Shown here one piece after another: positions 38,706 through 48,057 of a stretch of DNA of 54,532 bases; position 1 is the stretch's first letter; every line of letters starts with the position of its first letter. The stretch covers positions 1 to 54,532 of the forward strand of contig JAAESS010000141.1 in NCBI GenBank assembly GCA_024229195.1, written 5' to 3'. This DNA comes from Flavobacteriales bacterium (GTDB lineage Bacteria > Bacteroidota > Bacteroidia > Flavobacteriales > Flavobacteriaceae). The position numbers and the translations under genes are program-made. The notes under the pieces are model-generated. The model was not told the DNA's origin and made no database searches. It saw nothing but the letters and a program-made list of their open reading frames with translations.

Positions 38706-40742
38706 ATGAAATTAAGATATACCTTAGGCTTTATTTTAGCCACAGCCTTTCTGTTTTCTTGTCAACCAAAACAGGATCAACCGGTTTCAACTGAAAACAC
38801 AACCGAACAAACAGATGCTTTTGATTATTTATCAGAACAGTTTGCGGATATCAAAATCTTACGTTATAAGGTTCCTGGTTTCGAACAACTCACTTTACAA
38901 CAAAAAAAATATGTCTACTTTCTTGCCCAGGCAGGTTTATCAGGTCGTGATATTATGTATGACCAGAATTACAGACACAATCTAAAAATTAGAAGAGCAC
39001 TGGAAAATATTTATACCAACTTTGAAGGTGATAAAAGCACAACAGATTGGGAAAATTTTGAAATTTACCTGAAAAGAATATGGTTTGCCAATGGTATTCA
39101 TCATCACTATGCAAATGACAAATTTGTTCCAGAATTTTCAAAAGATTATTTGAATAGCTTGATCAAGGCTACAAATACTGATCTTCAAGGGGAAGCACTT
39201 GATGTTATATTTAATGAAAAAGACACAAAAAAGGTAAATCTAAATCCTGAAAAGGGGTTGATCAAAGGTTCTGCCATCAATTTTTATGGACAGGATGTTA
39301 CTGCTGAAGATGTCGATGCTTATTATTCAAGTATGAAGGTTGATAAGAATCAACCTATTGAAAAGGGTTTGAATACAAAACTTGTCAAAGAAAATGGAAC
39401 TTTGAAAGAAAAGGTATGGAAAAGCGGTGGAATGTATGGCGCCTCCATAGATCAAATCATTGTTTGGTTAGAAAAAGCCAAGGAAGTGGCTGAAAATGAG
39501 GCACAGGCCAAAGGTCTTGAATTGTTGATTGCTTATTATCGAACCGGTGAATTAAAAACCTGGGATAAATATAACATCGTTTGGGCTAAGGCAACAGAAG
39601 GTGATATTGATTACATCAATGGATTTATCGAAGTATACAATGATCCAAAAGGTTATAAGGGCTCTTATGAAACTGTAGTTCAGATCAAAGATTTTGAAAT
39701 GTCTAAGAAAATGGCCGCACTTGCCAATAACGCCCAATGGTTTGAAGACAACTCGCCTCTTGATCCTTCACACAAAAAGAAAAACGTAGTTGGGGTATCA
39801 TATAAAACTGTGAATGTTGCAGCTGAAGCAGGAGATGCTTCTCCATCTACTCCAATAGGTATAAATCTGCCGAATAACAATTGGATCAGAGAACAACACG
39901 GATCAAAATCTGTTTCATTAGGTAATATAATCCACGCCTATTCAAATGCCGGAAGTACAGGACGATTAAAAGAATTTGCCTTTGATGAGGAAGAAGTAAA
40001 ATGTGAGGAAGAATACGGGCAACTTGCCGACAAGCTTCATACCGCTTTACATGAAGTTATTGGTCATGCCAGCGGACAATTGAATCCTGGTGTTGGCACC
40101 CCAAAAGAGACAATGAAAAATTATGCCTCTACTTTAGAAGAGGCCAGAGCTGATTTGGTTGGCCTTTATTATTTACCTGATGCAAAATTAGTAGAAATAG
40201 GAATTTCTCCTGATGCCAAGTTGATTGGAAAAGCAGCTTTTGACGGTTATATTCGTAACGGTTTGATGACCCAATTGATCAGGTTAAACCTTGGAGATGA
40301 CATTGAGGAGGCTCATATGAGAAACAGACAATTGGTTGCTGCCTGGGCCATGGAGAAAGGGAGTGCAGATAATGTGGTCGAAAAGGTTAGCAGAGACGGC
40401 AAAACTTATTTTAAGATCAATGATTATGAAAAATTAAGAGATTTGTTCGGTGAGCTACTCAAAGAAATTCAAAGAATTAAATCAGAAGGTGATTTTGAAG
40501 CAGGTAAGGCACTTGTTGAAACCTATGGTGTCAAAGTAGATCAAGAAATTCACAAAGAAGTCTTGGAGCGAAACAGACAGTTTAAATCGGCACCCTACTC
40601 TGGTTTTATAAATCCTGTTCTTGTTGCTCAAAAAGGTGAAAACGGTGATATAACTGATATCGTAGTAGAGCAACCTGAGAGTTTCGCATCTCAGATGTTA
40701 CAATATGCGAACGACTTTACGACCTTACCAAACGAAAACTAA
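38706..40742 (+). CDS. Dipeptidyl peptidase III (M49) lipoprotein
   Basis: Lipobox LFSC; HEVIGH (HEXXGH), EEARAD, EAHMRNR, PIGINLPN. Confidence 0.92.
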   Translation: MKLRYTLGFILATAFLFSCQPKQDQPVSTENTTEQTDAFDYLSEQFADIKILRYKVPGFEQLTLQQKKYVYFLAQAGLSGRDIMYDQNYRHNLKIRRALENIYTNFEGDKSTTDWENFEIYLKRIWFANGIHHHYANDKFVPEFSKDYLNSLIKATNTDLQGEALDVIFNEKDTKKVNLNPEKGLIKGSAINFYGQDVTAEDVDAYYSSMKVDKNQPIEKGLNTKLVKENGTLKEKVWKSGGMYGASIDQIIVWLEKAKEVAENEAQAKGLELLIAYYRTGELKTWDKYNIVWAKATEGDIDYINGFIEVYNDPKGYKGSYETVVQIKDFEMSKKMAALANNAQWFEDNSPLDPSHKKKNVVGVSYKTVNVAAEAGDASPSTPIGINLPNNNWIREQHGSKSVSLGNIIHAYSNAGSTGRLKEFAFDEEEVKCEEEYGQLADKLHTALHEVIGHASGQLNPGVGTPKETMKNYASTLEEARADLVGLYYLPDAKLVEIGISPDAKLIGKAAFDGYIRNGLMTQLIRLNLGDDIEEAHMRNRQLVAAWAMEKGSADNVVEKVSRDGKTYFKINDYEKLRDLFGELLKEIQRIKSEGDFEAGKALVETYGVKVDQEIHKEVLERNRQFKSAPYSGFINPVLVAQKGENGDITDIVVEQPESFASQMLQYANDFTTLPNEN

Positions 40743-40761
40743 TCAATATGTAATCAGAACA

Positions 40762-40796
40762 TCAATAGACCGTAATATTTAATTACGGTCTGTTGA
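40762..40796 (+). terminator. Stem-loop between DPP III and rsgA (no U-tract)
   Basis: TCAATAGACCGTAAT-attta-ATTACGGTCTGTTGA, 15-bp stem with one G.U pair. Confidence 0.5.
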
Positions 40797-40819
40797 ATTC
40801 ATAAAGGCATGTTTAATCT

Positions 40820-41767
40820 ATGACAGGTGTTATCATTAAATCAACAGGAAGTTGGTATTGGGTAAGAACGGAAGATCATAAACAATATCAGTGTAGAATC
40901 AGAGGAAAGTTCAGAACCAAAGGAATAAAAAGTACAAGTCCTTTGACGGTTGGGGATCATGTTGATTTTGAATTGGAACTAAACTCAAATACAGGTATCA
41001 TCACTAGAATACATGACAGAAAAAATTACATTGTTAGAAAATCTGTCAATCTTTCAAAACAAACTCATATCATTGCTGCGAATATTGATCTGGCTTTTCT
41101 TTTGGTAACCGTAGATAATCCACCTACTTTTCCTTCATTTATAGACAGGTTTCTGGCAACAGCAGAAGCCTATCATATCAAAGCTGTTCTATTATTTAAC
41201 AAAGTTGACCTTTATGACGAAGCACTCAATCAAAAGAAAAATAAGCTGATTGAGATTTATGAGAAGATAGGTTACTCCTGTATTGAGATTTCAGCAACCA
41301 AAAATATCAATATTGAAAAAGTGAGCGAACTAATGCTTGGAAAAACAAGTATGTTTTCAGGTCATTCAGGAGTCGGAAAATCAACCTTGATCAACGCTAT
41401 TGATCCTAGTTTAGATTTAAAGACCGCCGAAGTATCAGTTCAGCACAAACAAGGTCAACACACCACAACATTCGCCGAAATGTTTGCGCTACCTACAGAA
41501 CCCGAAAGTTATATTATTGATACTCCAGGGATAAAAGGATTCGGGATAGTTGACTTTGAACCCAATGAAATTGGCGATTATTTTCCCGAAATTTTTGCAC
41601 TTAAACAAGATTGTAAATTCAATAATTGTCTACATGTAAACGAGCCAAAATGTGCTGTCAAAATTGCACTTGAGGAAGAAAAAATTGCACCTTCACGCTA
41701 CCGCAGCTACCTTCAGATTCTTGCCGGTGATGAAGAAAACTACCGAACCAACACTTACGATTTTTAA
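40820..41767 (+). CDS. rsgA: Ribosome small subunit-dependent GTPase A
   Basis: Circularly permuted NKVD / GHSGVGKS / HTTT / DTPG; CKFNNCLHVNEPKC zinc site. Confidence 0.96.
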   Translation: MTGVIIKSTGSWYWVRTEDHKQYQCRIRGKFRTKGIKSTSPLTVGDHVDFELELNSNTGIITRIHDRKNYIVRKSVNLSKQTHIIAANIDLAFLLVTVDNPPTFPSFIDRFLATAEAYHIKAVLLFNKVDLYDEALNQKKNKLIEIYEKIGYSCIEISATKNINIEKVSELMLGKTSMFSGHSGVGKSTLINAIDPSLDLKTAEVSVQHKQGQHTTTFAEMFALPTEPESYIIDTPGIKGFGIVDFEPNEIGDYFPEIFALKQDCKFNNCLHVNEPKCAVKIALEEEKIAPSRYRSYLQILAGDEENYRTNTYDF

Positions 41768-41917
41768 ATCATTTTCAAATCAATATTTTGTTTTTCCCAT
41801 AATGCATTCAACATTTCTGTTAAAATATTTCAATTTTTTTAATTTTTTATGATTAATATTATTTAGCCTATTCAAGTTTTTACCTTTATTTGTTCTAAAT
41901 TCAGATAAAAACATAAT

Positions 41918-42370
41918 ATGAAAGCCGTTATACAAAGAGTGAACCATGCCTCTGTACAAGTGGAAGGTAAAATTATAAGTAAGATTGAAAACGGCCTCTT
42001 AGTCCTCCTTGGCATTACGCAAACAGATAACCTTACAGATTCAAAATGGTTGTGCAATAAAATAATTAACCTCAGGGTCTTTAATGATGAACAGGGCGTT
42101 ATGAACAAGTCATTGAATGATGTTCAAGGAAATGTGATCATAGTGAGTCAATTTACCCTTATGGCTAGCACAAAAAAGGGACACCGTCCTTCCTATATAA
42201 AAGCAGCAAATGCGGAAATAGCGGTTCCTTTATACAAACAATTTATTGAAGAGTTCGAAGCCCTTTTCAAAAAAAAGGTAGGTACCGGAAAATTTGGAGC
42301 TGATATGAAAATCATCCTTGAGAACGATGGACCTGTCACCATCATAATTGATACTGAAATGAAACAATAA
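41918..42370 (+). CDS. dtd: D-aminoacyl-tRNA deacylase
   Basis: MKAVIQRV, SQFTL, FGADM, NDGPVT. Confidence 0.96.
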   Translation: MKAVIQRVNHASVQVEGKIISKIENGLLVLLGITQTDNLTDSKWLCNKIINLRVFNDEQGVMNKSLNDVQGNVIIVSQFTLMASTKKGHRPSYIKAANAEIAVPLYKQFIEEFEALFKKKVGTGKFGADMKIILENDGPVTIIIDTEMKQ

Positions 42371-42408
42371 GGTCAAATTATAATCGTTAAAATTCCAAAT
42401 TGCTATTT

Positions 42409-43719
42409 ATGAATAAGAACCATTTAAGCTTAGTACTGTTCTCCCTATTTCAATCTTTCTAACCGCACAAAATAATGACCTAAACGTCTTTTCGATACCT
42501 GACAGCCTCAAAGAAAATGCCAATGCTGTATTATGAACATGATACGAGTTCGTATCCGTATACAATTGTTTATGAGTAAGAAATATCAACTTCTAACACT
42601 GCATTTATACCAACTTGGTATCCAATTAATTTTTTTGAAGAAGATTTAAACGCGGTGCTGGAGGGAATTAATGGCCATACAGAAAAGACACTTGCTACTT
42701 TTGAATTCGTTAAATGTAAGATCAAATGGAACGAATAAAAAGGAAAACACACACATGATGGAGGAATTAAAAAAGCCTATAAGGATGGCTTTGGAAATGT
42801 TGCCGAAGTAAATCTATATCTTATTGCTATGCTAAGGGCGTCGGGCATAGATGCAAATCCTATACTTGTGAGCACCAGAGACCATGGCATACCTATTTTT
42901 CCTACAAAAAAAGGCTTTAATTATGTGATTGCAGGAGTAGAATTAAACGCAGATATAACACTTCTTGATATCACGGAAAAATATAGTTTCCCCGATATAT
43001 TACCTCTTAGAGATTTGAATTGGGAAGGAAGATTATTATGAGAAGATGGGAGCTCAATTGCTGTCAATCTATACCCTAAATCATATAATTTAAAAATGAC
43101 CAAGCTAAATGCAAAACTAGACCATGAAGGACTACTTTATGGAGTAATGATCGCAACATATAACGGATTAAATGCACTCAACTACAGAAACCAATTCTCT
43201 TCCATTAAAGAAGATGATATTATCAGCAGAATAGAATCAGCTAACGAGGATATTGAAATAGAGCAATTCAAATTACGAAACAAGGAAAACACAAATAAAC
43301 CGATTCATGAAATGATCAAGTTTACCAAGGAAAATGGAGCAGACACCATAGAAGATAAAATCTAAATATCACCCCTGCTCTTTTTTACAGTAAGAGAAAA
43401 TCCCTTTAAACTTGACGAAAGATTATATCCTATCGATTATGGTTCTCCCTGGAAGAATCAAACAAATATTAGTTTAGAAATACCTGAAGGATATTCAGTT
43501 GAGTCTAAGCCAATTGATATATTACTGAACCTACCAAACGAAATGGGTACTTATGCCCTAAAAACAACACTTCAAGAAAATAAAATTTTCGTCACTTCAC
43601 AAACTAAATTGAACGTTCCGTTAATTGCTCCCAATTACTTAGAAACTGTGAAAGAACTCTATAAACGGGCCATTGAGAATCAGTTGGAGAAAATAGTTTT
43701 GGTACAACAAGGACCTTAA
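42409..43719 (+). pseudogene. Decayed DUF3857 / transglutaminase-like / DUF3858 gene(s)
   Basis: ATG 42409 signal peptide with a frameshift near 42446; IPDSLKENANAV; then one frame 42532-43719 with stops at 42577, 42736, 43039 and 43363 that carries GNVAEVNL..MLR..G..ANPILVSTR and NPFKLDERLYPIDYG. Confidence 0.85.
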
Positions 43720-43724
43720 AATAG

Positions 43725-43753
43725 AAAATAGCGGCAATCGCCGCTATTTTTTT
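43725..43753. terminator. Bidirectional terminator
   Basis: AAAATAGCGGC-aatc-GCCGCTATTTT plus further Ts, between convergent genes. Confidence 0.85.
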
Positions 43754-44616
43754 TATTGATCAGAAGTTTTAAAGGTGTAGGCATATCCTAAAGAAAATAC
43801 AATACCTCCAATGTGACTTTCTCCAAAGACTTTATTTTTTTGGGTAGTTCGAGCACCCCATGAACCACGAAATCCAAGATAAACCTCATGCTTTTCTGCA
43901 AATTTTCTTATAATTCCAGTACCTGCATGAAAACCATAATTATAGGTATTCAATTCACTATTTGTATCTGTTTCCGCATCAAAAGACTGAGGAGGAACAG
44001 GAACCTTTAACGGACCCGAGGAAGGGTCGTTTGGGTCATAATTTGGATTAAATACAACCAAGGGATCTTTTCCCTCTGCATCAAGTGTGATTAAACTTGA
44101 ACCACTTGTAATCTGTTTAGCATTCACCAGAAAACCAATGTATGGTCCTGCCTCGACATACCATCTCCAGGTATCACCCCAGCCTAGCTTACCTAAAACC
44201 GGAATTTCTATATAATTTAGTTCAGAGACATTTTTAAAATCTGCATACATCGGATTTGAATCAGTCACCGGATCCTTACCCTGAAGTGAAAGTACATAAT
44301 TGAGTTGGTCAACAGAGCCAAATCCATCGAGAGCTGAAGTTGGTATGGGTTGCAAGCCTGTTCTGACGCCCCCTCTTTGGGTATACAATACTTCCATTTG
44401 GAGTGAAAATAACTCAGATACCGGGTATTCAACAAATACACCTATATCCACACCAGAGGTAGATTCATAACCTTCTGTGTAAATATTATCCGAATTATCA
44501 GTTATTCTACCAATACTATAACCTGCTTTACCTCCGATTTTTACCTGAGAAATTGAAACCTGACTGACAAGCAATAAAGCAATAAATAGTATTTTAAATG
44601 ATATAGTTGATTTCAT
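43753..44616 (-). CDS. Outer membrane beta-barrel protein (PorT-like / OMP_b-brl_2)
   Basis: Signal peptide, IGGKAGYS, SLQMEVLYTQRG, LNYIEIPVL, AGPYIGFLV, FSLGYAY.F. Confidence 0.8.
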   Translation of the reverse strand: MKSTISFKILFIALLLVSQVSISQVKIGGKAGYSIGRITDNSDNIYTEGYESTSGVDIGVFVEYPVSELFSLQMEVLYTQRGGVRTGLQPIPTSALDGFGSVDQLNYVLSLQGKDPVTDSNPMYADFKNVSELNYIEIPVLGKLGWGDTWRWYVEAGPYIGFLVNAKQITSGSSLITLDAEGKDPLVVFNPNYDPNDPSSGPLKVPVPPQSFDAETDTNSELNTYNYGFHAGTGIIRKFAEKHEVYLGFRGSWGARTTQKNKVFGESHIGGIVFSLGYAYTFKTSDQ

Positions 44617-44751
44617 AAAAAATTGATTAAGATTTGATGTTAGACCTTATTTTAGGCTGATTTTCTTATTAATTGAAGATTAAATATAGAAAAATTAGAA
44701 CTAATTGGGTAATTTCCTTATCAAAAAATTAGACAAAACATAAAAATCTGA

Positions 44752-44871
44752 TCAACAATCGCAGTCCTTGTCGCAATTCCCATTTTTCTTTTTAGGCTTG
44801 AAAACAAACTTCTTTAGTAAAAATGCTATCGCAACTAAAAGGCCAATATAGACAAGAACTTCTTGAAGCAT
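44752..44871 (-). CDS. FeoB-associated Cys-rich small membrane protein (39 aa; not in the ORF track)
   Basis: MLQEVLVYIGLLVAIAFLLKKFVFKPKKKNGNCDKDCDC*, starting 5 nt after the feoB stop. Confidence 0.8.
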   Translation of the reverse strand: MLQEVLVYIGLLVAIAFLLKKFVFKPKKKNGNCDKDCDC

Positions 44872-44876
44872 ATTTA

Positions 44877-46985
44877 TTAACTTAGTAAGTTAAAGGTGAT
44901 AAAAGAGGCGATGTATGCGATCAGACCCATCCCAAAGAGTTGAATCATGGGCCATTTCCAGCTATTGGTTTCTCTTTTAACAATTGCCAATGTACTTGCA
45001 CATTGCATCGCAAAGGCATAAAATATAAGCAGTGACATCCCTACAGGAATGTTGAAAAGTTTTTCGCCTGTTATTTCATTTACTTCTTCAGCCATACGCT
45101 GCTTAATGGTGGTGTTTTCTTCATCATCATTGCCAACACTGTAAATGGTTGCTAATGTTCCAACAAATACCTCTCTGGCTGCGAACGAGGAGATCAATGC
45201 AATACCGATCTTCCAATCATAACCCAAGGGTCGAATCGCAGGCTCTATAGCTTTACCCATAACACCAATATATGAATGCTCTAGTTTATAGGATGCCAAA
45301 GCTTCATTGTTATCAACGCTTAATCCAGATTCGATATTACTCTTATTAAAATTTTCTTCTGCGGCATCAAAAGCAGCAGGTCCGTTTGAAGCTAAAAACC
45401 AAAGAATAATCGAAATAGCGAGAATAATTTTACCCGCACCAAAAATAAATGCCTTTGTCTTTTCGACTACTGTATAAAAAACATTTTTTATTGAAGGAAG
45501 CTTATAATCCGGCATCTCGATCAGAAAGAAACTTTTACCCTCTACTTTCAATGTTTTATGAAGCACATAACCTGAGATCATCGCCATAAAAAATCCAAGA
45601 AGATACAATCCAAGCAGTGTCAAACCCTGCAGGCTAAAAACTCCAAGAACACGATCCTGAGGTATAATCAGCGCAATAATAATAGCATAAACCGGAAGTC
45701 TTGCCGAACAGGTTACAAACGGTACGACCATGATCGTAATGAGTCTTTCTTTCCAACTACTTATATTTCTTGCTGCCATTACAGCCGGAATTGCACAGGC
45801 AGTTCCTGATATCAATGGCACCACACTTTTTCCACTCATACCAAATCGACGCATGATCTTATCCATTAAAAAAACAACTCTACTCATATAGCCTGTTTCT
45901 TCAAGAATCGATACAAACAGGAATAAAATGGCAATTTGCGGGATAAAAATAACGATCCCTCCAATTCCTGGTATGATTCCCTGGCTGATCAAATCAGTCA
46001 ACATACCTTCCGGAAGAATTTCCTGTGTCCTGGTACTTAAATGAGCAAAAAATGCATCGATATAGTCCATAGGAATGCTTGCCCAATCAAAAATCGACTG
46101 AAAGATCATCATAAGGATCACAGCAAATATGACATATCCAAAAATTTTATGGGTAAGCACCTTGTCCAATTTACTTCTCAGATCTCGTGCTTTTGATTTG
46201 TCGACCTTATAAGTCTTCTTTAGAATAGAATTGATTTGTTGGTAGCGATATATGGTTTCCTTATGCTGGTATTTCTTTAGTTTGGACTTGTCTTTTTTAT
46301 AGGATCGGATCAAGGATACTTCCTTATCATCCAAGCCATTGTATTCATCCAATTGGGTAATATACAACCAGGCTTTGTATAGAGATAATTTTGGGAAACT
46401 TTGTTTTAATTCATCAAAATACGGTTTATCGATCTTTCCGGAAATATGTGCAAGTGCTGAAGTGTCTAAATCTTTATAATTTTCAATTACTTCTTTTAGC
46501 TTATCAATTCCTAGATTTTTTCGGGCACTAATCAGAACAACCTCACTTTTTAATTCAGTTTTAAGTTGTTCCAGATCGATCTCTACACCCTTTTTATCCA
46601 ATTGATCTGCCATATTAATAGCAAGTATCGTTGGGATCTGCAGATCCTTAATTTGTGAATATAAAAGTAGATTCCTTTTTATGTTTTCTATATCTGCCAC
46701 AACAACGATCACATCAGGAAAATCTTTATGTTCCTTGATTAATAAGGTTTGCAATACTATATTTTCATCTACGCTTGTTGGATTGATACTATAGGTTCCG
46801 GGTAGATCAATAACAGAAGCCTGACAGCCTTCAGATAAGGTAGCCTTTCCAACTTTTTTATCTACGGTGATACCGGGATAATTACCTACTTTCTGATTCA
46901 ATCCTGTAAGTTGATTGAACAGAGAAGTCTTTCCGGTATTAGGATTACCAACTAAAGCAACTTTTATGGCTTTATGTTCAGACAT
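44877..46985 (-). CDS. feoB: Ferrous iron transporter B
   Basis: GNPNTGKT, VGNYPGITV, DLPG, NMAD G-domain; CSARLPVY, AAREVFVGTL. Confidence 0.97.
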   Translation of the reverse strand: MSEHKAIKVALVGNPNTGKTSLFNQLTGLNQKVGNYPGITVDKKVGKATLSEGCQASVIDLPGTYSINPTSVDENIVLQTLLIKEHKDFPDVIVVVADIENIKRNLLLYSQIKDLQIPTILAINMADQLDKKGVEIDLEQLKTELKSEVVLISARKNLGIDKLKEVIENYKDLDTSALAHISGKIDKPYFDELKQSFPKLSLYKAWLYITQLDEYNGLDDKEVSLIRSYKKDKSKLKKYQHKETIYRYQQINSILKKTYKVDKSKARDLRSKLDKVLTHKIFGYVIFAVILMMIFQSIFDWASIPMDYIDAFFAHLSTRTQEILPEGMLTDLISQGIIPGIGGIVIFIPQIAILFLFVSILEETGYMSRVVFLMDKIMRRFGMSGKSVVPLISGTACAIPAVMAARNISSWKERLITIMVVPFVTCSARLPVYAIIIALIIPQDRVLGVFSLQGLTLLGLYLLGFFMAMISGYVLHKTLKVEGKSFFLIEMPDYKLPSIKNVFYTVVEKTKAFIFGAGKIILAISIILWFLASNGPAAFDAAEENFNKSNIESGLSVDNNEALASYKLEHSYIGVMGKAIEPAIRPLGYDWKIGIALISSFAAREVFVGTLATIYSVGNDDEENTTIKQRMAEEVNEITGEKLFNIPVGMSLLIFYAFAMQCASTLAIVKRETNSWKWPMIQLFGMGLIAYIASFITFNLLS

Positions 46986-46988
46986 GAA

Positions 46989-47216
46989 TTATTCTTTGGT
47001 GATCAGAATTTGTGAAGCAGTTTCTGTTCTGATAGCGAGATGGCTGCCATTGACACGAATATAAAGAGGATCTTTTAGTGGCGCTTTTTGAATTAATTCA
47101 ACCTGCTCCCCGGGCATACAACCCATTTCAAGAAGAGATAATGGAATCTTATCAAATGAGATTTCTTCAATAACACCCCTTTCACCTACCCTTAAATTTG
47201 CAATACTCGTACTCAA
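46989..47216 (-). CDS. feoA: Ferrous iron transport protein A
   Basis: LLEMGC.PG, APLKDP, LAIR; directly upstream of feoB; TTG start. Confidence 0.92.
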   Translation of the reverse strand: MSTSIANLRVGERGVIEEISFDKIPLSLLEMGCMPGEQVELIQKAPLKDPLYIRVNGSHLAIRTETASQILITKE

Positions 47217-47220
47217 TTTT

Positions 47221-47241
47221 TATTTAGATTAATTATAAATA
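47221..47241. promoter_or_regulatory. Fur-box-like imperfect palindrome upstream of feoA
   Basis: TATTTAGATTAATTATAAATA between a TAATTTCG -7-like box (47247-47254, -) and the feoA start. Confidence 0.65.
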
Positions 47242-47322
47242 CTATGCGAAATTACGCAAAAATATTCGTTTAAAACTGATAATTATCACGAAACCCCAAA
47301 ATAAAATAAGTCTTTTACACCT

Positions 47323-48000
47323 TTAATCATCCTCATGCTTTAGCACTTCAACATCCTTAATGATACGATCAATTTCTCTTGCATCGGTACCATCATAAAA
47401 ACCTCTGATCTGCTTTTTTTTATCAACCAATATGAATTGCTCAGTGTGTATAAAATCCTGATCTCCTCCGTCGCCCTCATCCAAAACAGCAAAATATGAT
47501 TTTCGAGCCAATTCATAAATGTGCGTTTTCTTACCTGTGGTGATTTCCCATTTATCATCTATTGCCTTGTTTTTATCTGCATAATCGCGAAGTACAGATA
47601 CACTGTCCATATCCGGTGTCACTGAATGTGATAGAAACTTGATGTCTTTATCATTCTTGTAATACTCCTGGAGCTCTGACATGTTGATCGCCATAATCGG
47701 ACAGATAGTTTGACACCTGGTAAAAAAGAAATCAGCGATATAAATTTTGTCTTCAAAGTTTGCTTCACTGATCGAATCACCATTTTGATTGACAAGATGA
47801 AAGTTTCCAATACGATGATCCCTGCTTACATTTTTAACAGCATCATCTACTAACCTTGGATTTACATCTACAGGATTGTATACTGGAAGCATTGTTTTTG
47901 GCTTCACAAGGAAATAAAGTATAGGCACAAAAATCAGGCTAAAGAAAAAAATAAATAGTAAAGTTGATTTTGACTTCTTAAAAAATTCTAATAAATACAT
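47323..48000 (-). CDS. SCO1/SenC family copper chaperone
   Basis: FFFTRCQTICP (CxxxC), HSVTPDMD, FIHTE. Confidence 0.92.
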   Translation of the reverse strand: MYLLEFFKKSKSTLLFIFFFSLIFVPILYFLVKPKTMLPVYNPVDVNPRLVDDAVKNVSRDHRIGNFHLVNQNGDSISEANFEDKIYIADFFFTRCQTICPIMAINMSELQEYYKNDKDIKFLSHSVTPDMDSVSVLRDYADKNKAIDDKWEITTGKKTHIYELARKSYFAVLDEGDGGDQDFIHTEQFILVDKKKQIRGFYDGTDAREIDRIIKDVEVLKHEDD

Positions 48001-48057
48001 AATTTGTATCTTTGACCTTCTTGAAAAATTGCTAACCGAGATACAAAAGTAAACTTT

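Noticed and set aside
42532-43719. Stop-codon readthrough or alternative genetic code explaining four in-frame stops
   Set aside because: Stops are of two types (TAA, TGA), both used as normal terminators throughout the window, and they co-occur with a frameshift and deletions
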